This document shows positions 57,700 through 64,000 of a stretch of DNA of 64,000 nucleotides, piece after piece. Numbering within the stretch: position 1 is the first letter of the stretch; each line of letters begins with the position of its first letter. The notes under the pieces were generated by a model. That model did not search any database, had not been told where the DNA came from, and worked only from the letters and a program-made list of their open reading frames with translations. Source of the DNA: Candidatus Sericytochromatia bacterium (GTDB lineage: Bacteria > Cyanobacteriota > Sericytochromatia > S15B-MN24 > UBA4093); the NCBI GenBank assembly GCA_036676495.1, contig JAKFCT010000014.1:32001-96000 (forward strand). The letters are read 5' to 3'. The position numbers and the translations under genes are program-made.

Positions 57700-58966
57700 G
57701 ACCAAGGCTCGGCTTCGCTTCCTGAAGAGTCGTTTCCGCCGGCCGGCGTCGAACTCGGAGCGGGAACTCGCCTACTATGCCCTGCTCCAGCGGATCACGG
57801 CCTCCTTGCACCGGTCTCTGGACTTCGATGCGATTCTCGAGACGGTGGTCTCCGGGCTGCAGCATGAGCTGGATCTGACGCGGTGTTCGGTCTGGTTTCC
57901 CGAAGGCGCGACGGCGCTGCACATCCGCAGGGCCGTCGGGAAAGTGAGCGAGGGTCCGATGGCGAGCGCCGTCTGGCCGGTGGCCTGGGACGCGCTGGCC
58001 GATCGGCGGGTGGTGGCGGTCGACGACGTGCGGGCCTACGGGAAGGCGAGTTCCATCCCCCCGCATGTCGGAGCCCTGGGGCAGGTGGTCGCGGAAGCCG
58101 TCATTGCCGCCCCCATCCTGCTCGAAGCGGAGCTCAAGGGCTTGTTGCTGCTCGAGGCTCCGCATCCGCGGCACTGGGACGCGTCCACGATTCGCCTGAT
58201 CGAGGCGATCGCCGAGCAGCTCTCGGTGGCGCTGGTCCATGCGCGCATGATGATGTCCTTGAAGGAACTCGACGCGATGAAGACCGAGTTCCTTTCCATC
58301 GCCTCCCATGAGCTGCGCACGCCCATCACCGTCATCCGGGGCTACGCGGCCGTCCTCTTGCGACACGGGGGGACGCTCTCGGAAGCCGAGCGCAGCGAGT
58401 TCGTCCGCATGATCGATGATCGGGCCGTGCATCTGGGCCGCCTGGTCGAGGACATTCTCGACGTCTCGCGCCTGGAGGGCGGGATGCTCTCCTTGCACTC
58501 GGAACCCTTCGAATGGGAAGTCGTGCTCGGCAAGCTCATCGAGGGTCTCGAGCTCAAGTACCACCGCCCGGTGAACATCCACCTGACCACCATGACCACG
58601 CGCCGGGTATTGATTGCCGATCCTTCCCGGGTCGAGCAAGTCCTTTTGAACCTTCTCGATAATGCTATCAAGTACTCGCCCCCGAACGATGCGATCGATC
58701 TGGACGTCCGGGATACCGCGCGCGGGGTGCGGTTCACGGTGGTCAATCCGGGCGAGAAGCTGACCGTGGAGGAAGTGCGACGGCTGACCGGAAAGTTCGT
58801 TCGGCTGGATCGGCACCGGACGGCAGGCGGCACGGGGCTTGGACTTTACATTTGCCGGAGGCTCGTAGAGCTGATGGGCGGGACCTTGGAACTAGAAGCG
58901 ATGCCGGAGGGTGGCCTCCGGGTAGGGTTTGACCTGGCATGTCCGGACGATGTGCGAACGACCTGA
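57692..58966 (+). CDS. GAF-domain sensor histidine kinase
   Basis: GAF (SLDFDAIL..., APILL...LKGLL, EQLSVAL), H-box ASHELRTP, N-box NLLDNAIKYS, GTGLGL. Confidence 0.9.
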   Translation: MDKTKARLRFLKSRFRRPASNSERELAYYALLQRITASLHRSLDFDAILETVVSGLQHELDLTRCSVWFPEGATALHIRRAVGKVSEGPMASAVWPVAWDALADRRVVAVDDVRAYGKASSIPPHVGALGQVVAEAVIAAPILLEAELKGLLLLEAPHPRHWDASTIRLIEAIAEQLSVALVHARMMMSLKELDAMKTEFLSIASHELRTPITVIRGYAAVLLRHGGTLSEAERSEFVRMIDDRAVHLGRLVEDILDVSRLEGGMLSLHSEPFEWEVVLGKLIEGLELKYHRPVNIHLTTMTTRRVLIADPSRVEQVLLNLLDNAIKYSPPNDAIDLDVRDTARGVRFTVVNPGEKLTVEEVRRLTGKFVRLDRHRTAGGTGLGLYICRRLVELMGGTLELEAMPEGGLRVGFDLACPDDVRTT

Positions 58967-59083
58967 CGCTCATCCTCCTACTTGTCTTGCCACTAACTTT
59001 ATGAGAAGGTTAAGACAGTCAAGTATGGGATGACCGAACGCCTTTACTTGAGGGACAGGCACGTACTAGACAATGAGGTTTGT

Positions 59084-59905
59084 ATGAAACGCCTAAACCT
59101 GGGTCTTACCGGTCTTTTGATGGGGAGCTTGCTCGTCGGTTGCGGGATGCCGTCCGACCTGATGGTTTCCCCTCGCGCGTCTCAGGGCAGCTTCAGCGCC
59201 CGCTCCGGCGCGCCTGCCGACTACTATCAGTACGCTCAAGGCAAGACCGGCATGGCCCTGCTTTCCGCGCTTCAGAACACCGTCTCCAAGCACAAGGACC
59301 TCGGCTACGGCGGGGCCCGCAACGTGATGTTCGGAGACCTCGACGACGACCTCGACAACGACACCGTCGACTGCGTCTACACCGGCATGGTCGTCAAGGG
59401 CGTCAAGGACTCCGGGACCGCCATGAGCGGTGGCCTCAACACCGAGCACTCCTGGCCCCAGAGCCTGGGCGCCACCGGCGCCGCCAAGGCCGACCTCCAC
59501 CACCTGTTCCCGACCGACGTCGAGACCAACGGAGCTCGCGGCTCCCATCCCTTCGGCGAGGTGAAGAACCCCACGCATACGTTCCCGGTCTTCGACGTCG
59601 GCGCCCGCCAGAGCATGCTCGGCGTGAACGCCGCGGGCAAGACCGTCTTCGAGCCGCGCGACCAACACAAGGGCGACCTCGCCCGGGCCCTCTTCTACTT
59701 CTACACGGTCTATGGCTTCCGCGGCGGTGCCAACCTCTCCAACTTCCGCGTGGAGGAAGAGACCCTCAAGAAGTGGCACGTGCTCGACCCGGTGGACGCC
59801 TCCGAGCGGAAGCGTAACGACGGCATCTACTCCGTTCAGGGCAACCGGAACCCGTACATCGACCACCCGGAGTACGTCCAGGCTATCGGAAACTTCCTCA
59901 ACTAA
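59084..59905 (+). CDS. Endonuclease I family extracellular nuclease (lipoprotein)
   Basis: Lipobox LVGC; NTEHSWPQS, DLHHLFP, KGDLARALFYF, QGNRNPYIDHPE. Confidence 0.9.
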   Translation: MKRLNLGLTGLLMGSLLVGCGMPSDLMVSPRASQGSFSARSGAPADYYQYAQGKTGMALLSALQNTVSKHKDLGYGGARNVMFGDLDDDLDNDTVDCVYTGMVVKGVKDSGTAMSGGLNTEHSWPQSLGATGAAKADLHHLFPTDVETNGARGSHPFGEVKNPTHTFPVFDVGARQSMLGVNAAGKTVFEPRDQHKGDLARALFYFYTVYGFRGGANLSNFRVEEETLKKWHVLDPVDASERKRNDGIYSVQGNRNPYIDHPEYVQAIGNFLN

Positions 59906-60980
59906 CCGGATTGGAGGGCTCGGCTTCGGCCGGGCCCTCTTCGCTTGGGCGGGCCCAGTCCTCCCAGAGCACCATCCAGACCGAGAGGATGGCGGGCCCC
60001 AAGAAGAGGCCGAGCAGCCCGAAGGCGGCGAGCCCCCCGAGGAAGGCGAAGAAGACCTGCAAGTAGGGAAGGCGAGTGGTCCCACTGATGAAGAGCGGCC
60101 GCACCAGGTTGTCGATGGTGCTGATCGCAAGCACTCCCCAGACAAGGAGACCGATGCCCGGCCAGAGGTTACCCTGAAGCAAGAGCCAGCCGGCTGCCGG
60201 CACCCAGATCACGGTCGCGCCGAAGGGCAGCAACGCGAAGATGCCGGTCAGGATGCCCAAGAGCACCGGCGAGGGCACGCCGAACAGGGTGAACCCCAGA
60301 CCGGCCACCGCCCCCTGCGCGAGGGCGGCGAGGATCACTCCGAAGAAGACCGCGCGGGTGGTCTCGCGAATGGGGTACAGCAGGCGGTCGATGTCATCCC
60401 CCAGGAAGCGCCGGAGGACGGCGCGCGTCTTGAGGGCATAGGCCTCCCCGTTGCGGTAGAAGAAGAAGAGCGTGAAGAAGGCGAGCACGAGCTGGAAGAG
60501 GTTCGTGCCGGCTCCGGCGATCGCCTTGAGCCAAGGGAGCGCCTGGGCACTCACCGCTTCGCCGAGCCTTCCGGAGTCATGCAGCAAGGGGCTCAGCATG
60601 TCTTCCCAGATGACGGCCAGATTCGGGAATCGCTCCAGCAGCCCAGGGAACGGGTTTGAGGCCCACCACGCCCGGAGCGACTCCACCATGGTCGCCCCTT
60701 CGACGGTGGCGGCCCGGAGCAGCAGCGTCAGCGGCACCGCCACGACGGTGATCACCAAGAGCAGCATGACGAAGGCGGCGAAGGTCTGACGGCCCTTCAG
60801 GGCGTGAAGGAGCTTGCGGTAGCTGGGCCATGTCACGAAGGCAAAGACGAGCCCCCAGGCGAGGGCTTCCCAGAACGGGCGGATGAGCACTCCCGCCAGG
60901 ATGACGAGCAGCGTGTAGAACGTGAGCTGGGCGAAGATCTGAAGCGGTCGGTCCAATCGTCGCGGCAACATCGTAAGCAT
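59898..60980 (-). CDS. AI-2E family transporter
   Basis: TLFFFYRNG, IDNLVRP, GGLAAFGLLGLFLGP. Confidence 0.9.
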   Translation of the reverse strand: MLTMLPRRLDRPLQIFAQLTFYTLLVILAGVLIRPFWEALAWGLVFAFVTWPSYRKLLHALKGRQTFAAFVMLLLVITVVAVPLTLLLRAATVEGATMVESLRAWWASNPFPGLLERFPNLAVIWEDMLSPLLHDSGRLGEAVSAQALPWLKAIAGAGTNLFQLVLAFFTLFFFYRNGEAYALKTRAVLRRFLGDDIDRLLYPIRETTRAVFFGVILAALAQGAVAGLGFTLFGVPSPVLLGILTGIFALLPFGATVIWVPAAGWLLLQGNLWPGIGLLVWGVLAISTIDNLVRPLFISGTTRLPYLQVFFAFLGGLAAFGLLGLFLGPAILSVWMVLWEDWARPSEEGPAEAEPSNPVS

Positions 60981-61052
60981 CCCTTTCCCAACGACATGGG
61001 GTGGCCCCGATCGAGCCACCCCATGGTACCGCATCTCTTGCTTGGAGAGCGC

Positions 61053-62372
61053 CTAGCGCACTCCCTCGGGAACGTTGAAGGAGAAGACCTTGGCGTCCTT
61101 GATGGCGTCGCGCAGCTCGCCGCGGAAGTTCGGGTGCGCGATCGAGATCAAGGCATCCGCCCGCTGGCGTAGCGACAGGCCATGCAGGTTGACCGCCCCG
61201 TACTCGGTGACGACCCAGTGGACGTGACCGCGGGTGGTGACCACGCCGGCCCCCGGCTTGAGGGTGGCGGCAATGCGCGAGACGGTTCCCTTGCAGGCGG
61301 TCGCGGGCAACGCGATGATGGGCTTGCCACCCCGCGAGAGCGCCGCCCCGCGGATGAAGTCCATCTGGCCGCCGATGCCGGAGTAGACCCGCCAGCCGAT
61401 GGAATCGGCGCAGACCTGACCGGTGATGTCGACTTCGAGGGCGCTGTTGATGGCGACCACCCGATCGTTCTTGCGGATGACGGCCGTGTCGTTGGTGTAG
61501 TCGCACGGGTGGAATTCGACGGTGGGGTTGTTGTCCACGAAGTCGAAGAGGCGCTGGGTTCCGTTGATGAAGCTGGTGACCAGGCGGCCCCGCTTGAAGT
61601 TCTTGAGGCGGTTCGTGATGACGCCTCCCTCGACCAGGGGAACGACACCGTCCGAGAACATCTCGGTATGGATGCCGAGGTCCACCTTGTTGCCCAGCTG
61701 GGCCAGGACGGCGTCGGGGATGGCGCCGATGCCCATCTGGAGGGTGGAGCCGTCCTCGATGAGATCCGCGATGATACCGCCGATGCTGCGCTCCACGTCC
61801 GAGATGACGGCGGGCTCGTGGGTCATCAGGGGGCGATCGGTGAGGATGAAGTGATCGATCTTGCTGATGTGGATGAAGCTGTTGCCGAGGGTTCGGGGCA
61901 TCTGCTTGTTGATCTCGGCGATCACGATGGCGGCCGTGTCGACCGCAGCGCGCGCGGTGTCCACCGAGGTGCCCAGGCTGCAGTAGCCATGCTCGTCGGG
62001 GTAGGAGACCTGCACGACGGCGACGTCGAGGGGAATCTGACGGGACGTGAAGAGCCAGGGGATATCGGAAAGGAAGATCGGGACGTAGTCGGCCCGGCCT
62101 TCGTTGACGGCTTGACGGAGATTGGAACCGGTGAACAGGGAGTTGGCGTGGAACTGGCCCGCCTTTTCGGGAGCCGCGTAAGGAGCGGGCCCCGCCATGT
62201 GCAGGTGATAGACTTCCACTCCGTGAAGGTCGTTGCGGGCGGCCATGGCTTCCTCGAGCGGAATCGGGGATGCACAGGCGCCATGCAGAAAGACCTTCAT
62301 GCCGCTCTTGATGGGCAGGACGGCTTCTTCAGGGGTCACGGCGCGCTGTTGCCAGGTCGTGGTGAGTCGCAT
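61053..62372 (-). CDS. Acetyl-CoA hydrolase / 4-hydroxybutyrate CoA-transferase family
   Basis: LQMGIGAIPD, GIHTEM, SGIGGQMDF, VVTEYG, IAHPNFR. Confidence 0.93.
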   Translation of the reverse strand: MRLTTTWQQRAVTPEEAVLPIKSGMKVFLHGACASPIPLEEAMAARNDLHGVEVYHLHMAGPAPYAAPEKAGQFHANSLFTGSNLRQAVNEGRADYVPIFLSDIPWLFTSRQIPLDVAVVQVSYPDEHGYCSLGTSVDTARAAVDTAAIVIAEINKQMPRTLGNSFIHISKIDHFILTDRPLMTHEPAVISDVERSIGGIIADLIEDGSTLQMGIGAIPDAVLAQLGNKVDLGIHTEMFSDGVVPLVEGGVITNRLKNFKRGRLVTSFINGTQRLFDFVDNNPTVEFHPCDYTNDTAVIRKNDRVVAINSALEVDITGQVCADSIGWRVYSGIGGQMDFIRGAALSRGGKPIIALPATACKGTVSRIAATLKPGAGVVTTRGHVHWVVTEYGAVNLHGLSLRQRADALISIAHPNFRGELRDAIKDAKVFSFNVPEGVR

Positions 62373-62547
62373 AGGTAGATACTCCTCGCATGTGATGGAC
62401 GCGTCAGGAGGATTCTACCGCAAGGAAAACGCGCGTGGCGTCCGCAATCTTTGCGTATGCGATGCTGAGGGGTTCTCGCGTTCTCGGGGGGCTGAAACCG
62501 AGGTAAGGGGCAGTTTAAATTTCCTCCAAGTTTTCTGCATTAGGTGC

Positions 62548-62576
62548 TTGCACAGTTCGAGCCGAGGTGTTATTGT
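62548..62576 (+). promoter_or_regulatory. Sigma70-type promoter of the tRNA gene
   Basis: TTGCAC, 17-bp spacer, TATTGT, ending 12 nt before the tRNA. Confidence 0.6.
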
Positions 62577-62588
62577 AGATTGTGTTGG

Positions 62589-62662
62589 GCGGCCATAGCT
62601 CAGCTGGATAGAGCGAATGACTACGAATCATTAGGTCGGGGGTTCGAATCCCTCTGGCCGCG
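62589..62662 (+). tRNA. tRNA-Arg (anticodon ACG)
   Basis: Acceptor stem GCGGCCA/TGGCCGC, D-arm AGCTCAGCTGGATAGAGC, anticodon arm AATGA-CTACGAA-TCATT, T-loop GGTTCGAATCC; followed by CCT, so CCA is not fully encoded. Confidence 0.96.
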
Positions 62663-62670
62663 CCTGATGG

Positions 62671-62711
62671 AGAAACTGGTTGGACCCGATGGGTCCAACC
62701 AGTTTCTTTTT
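62671..62711 (+). terminator. Rho-independent terminator after the tRNA
   Basis: 17-bp stem AGAAACTGGTTGGACCC-gat-GGGTCCAACCAGTTTCT plus a T-run. Confidence 0.8.
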
Positions 62712-62899
62712 AATCGTATCAGCCGCAGCGGCAAGGCTATCAATGGTTGGCGGTATCCGACCGCCAGTTCTTCATCCTTCAAAGGCCAGTTAGGTCGAGA
62801 TCGCTGGCCTGGAAAACCCTGCCCCCGCGGAACCGGGAAGAAACTAGCGTTAGCAGCACTTTTCGGGATAGTGGCCCAATATGAACGCTGCCACTCGTG

Positions 62900-63931
62900 C
62901 TATTTCGCGCCACTAGCGCGGGCACATTCCAGAAGGCTACGTCGCACTGCCAGCTCATGAATCTTCCGATGGCCATGGGTTCTCAACGTTTCCCGGACCG
63001 TTTCATTCGAGAAGAGCGTATCGCACAAGTGGCATGAGTTCGCATATCGCTCAGGCAATTCCAGGTTCGGATTATGAGCCAGTACGAATTGTCGGATGCT
63101 TTCGGGTCCCTCAAGAGCGAGCCAGTTAACGATGAGGTCTTGATTGCCTTGCCGGAGAATCTCGGACAATGACTGTTCTTTGAGTGATCCAATGGTTAAC
63201 TCGGGCAATGAGCGCCGGGTAATGCCGCAGCATATCTCTACATCCATGCTGGGAGCTACAACAATGCTCTCCATGACGGAACTGCACGCGCCTACCCAAG
63301 GCTTATCTGATTCGCTGGGCATCCATTCGTCCGAGCTGACGGAGTTTGAGCCTCGACCAATGGGGACTGTGATGCCCGTGGAGATGAGGTTGCATGGGGG
63401 ATTCTGTTCGCCGGGCCGAAACTGGATGAGCTTTCTCTCCAGGGCGCTTTCCAGGTATTCGTGCGTGATGGTGCTGCTGCGAAACTGCTTGTGAGCGAGT
63501 AGGTAGGGAATTCCTAACTCCTCAGCCGCGTCCATGGCGTTCCCAATGCAATCCAGGCTCACGAATTCTTGGTGAAAGTCGTCTACGCTGAAGTTGATCT
63601 CCGTGAGACCTGCCGTGAGGAGTTCGCTCAGCCGGGCCAGGGCCACTTCCTTACTAGTCGCCCAGTATGCGCTGGTAACGATCCGGGTCATGACGTTCAG
63701 AGAGCTGCAATGTTCGACGAGTTCCACAAGCCGATTCCTGAAGAGAAACGGCTCGCCACCTGTAAAGACGACCAATTCCAGCAAACCCCAGGAATTCACC
63801 GTGTCGATCATGTCCTTCATAAAGTCCGGTGAAAGCGCTTCAGTTTCCCTGGGGCCGCAGCTCGTGCCGCAGAAATCGCATTGAAGGGGACAGCGGTAGG
63901 TGGTAACGAACGTAAGCTGAGAAATCGACAT
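62900..63931 (-). CDS. Radical SAM protein with a C-terminal Cys-rich (SPASM/twitch-like) domain
   Basis: CPLQCDFC, FTGGEPF, SVDDFH, C-terminal C...CC and CHLC; codon usage differs from host genes. Confidence 0.9.
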   Translation of the reverse strand: MSISQLTFVTTYRCPLQCDFCGTSCGPRETEALSPDFMKDMIDTVNSWGLLELVVFTGGEPFLFRNRLVELVEHCSSLNVMTRIVTSAYWATSKEVALARLSELLTAGLTEINFSVDDFHQEFVSLDCIGNAMDAAEELGIPYLLAHKQFRSSTITHEYLESALERKLIQFRPGEQNPPCNLISTGITVPIGRGSNSVSSDEWMPSESDKPWVGACSSVMESIVVAPSMDVEICCGITRRSLPELTIGSLKEQSLSEILRQGNQDLIVNWLALEGPESIRQFVLAHNPNLELPERYANSCHLCDTLFSNETVRETLRTHGHRKIHELAVRRSLLECARASGAK

Positions 63932-63932
63932 G

Positions 63933-63998
63933 TTAGGCCCTACCATCAAGCAGTTTCATCACCTCTTGGCTAAGCAGCGGGCCAAAATCGAGCGTGAG
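63933..63998 (-). CDS. 3' end of an upstream gene (partial)
   Basis: Open frame LTLDFGPLLSQEVMKLLDGRA* ending TAA-C-ATG directly before the radical SAM start. Confidence 0.4.
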   Translation of the reverse strand, partial: LTLDFGPLLSQEVMKLLDGRA

Positions 63999-64000
63999 GG

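Noticed and set aside
62715-62899. Short ORFs downstream of the radical SAM gene as RiPP precursors (e.g. VAAFILGHYPEKCC)
   Set aside because: No RBS or precursor features; indistinguishable from chance.
1-64000. CRISPR arrays, transposases, integrases, phage genes, rRNA
   Set aside because: No regularly spaced direct repeats or diagnostic motifs found on reading either strand.

Overview
GC-rich bacterial chromosomal segment, densely packed with about 50 genes. It is mostly housekeeping: typA, coaD, PBP1A, mltG, dnaX, an LPS/envelope cluster, mrp, secDF, dtd-rsmA-plsY-der, lysA-cdaA-cdaR-uppS-holA, rpsT, dnaE and tRNA-Arg(ACG). Gene order and families look cyanobacterial (coaD plus a DivIVA/Cdv3-like gene, lysA-cdaA-uppS, DUF2227-like, IctB-like, DnaE with the EY|CFN junction), but there are no photosynthesis genes in the window. 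A non-photosynthetic cyanobacterial relative such as Sericytochromatia is therefore plausible (inference only). The most notable accessory element is a tightly coupled six-gene operon at 50108-58966: GNAT-like protein, PaaK-like adenylating ligase, LuxE, a LuxC-PaaK fusion, MFS exporter and GAF histidine kinase. It looks like a luciferase-less Lux-type acyl-reductase biosynthetic system with an unknown product. Other highlights: an identical 13-bp near-palindrome at matching distance upstream of mrp-marR (Cys-tailed MarR) and a CDF metal exporter; an AT-rich cluster of long perfect palindromes at 49.3-49.55 kb; a TPR/MshEN membrane protein; a probable ATC start codon; two candidate structured RNAs; and the edge of a lower-GC island with a radical SAM gene next to the tRNA. 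All calls come from reading the sequence and recognising motifs. No database searches were run.
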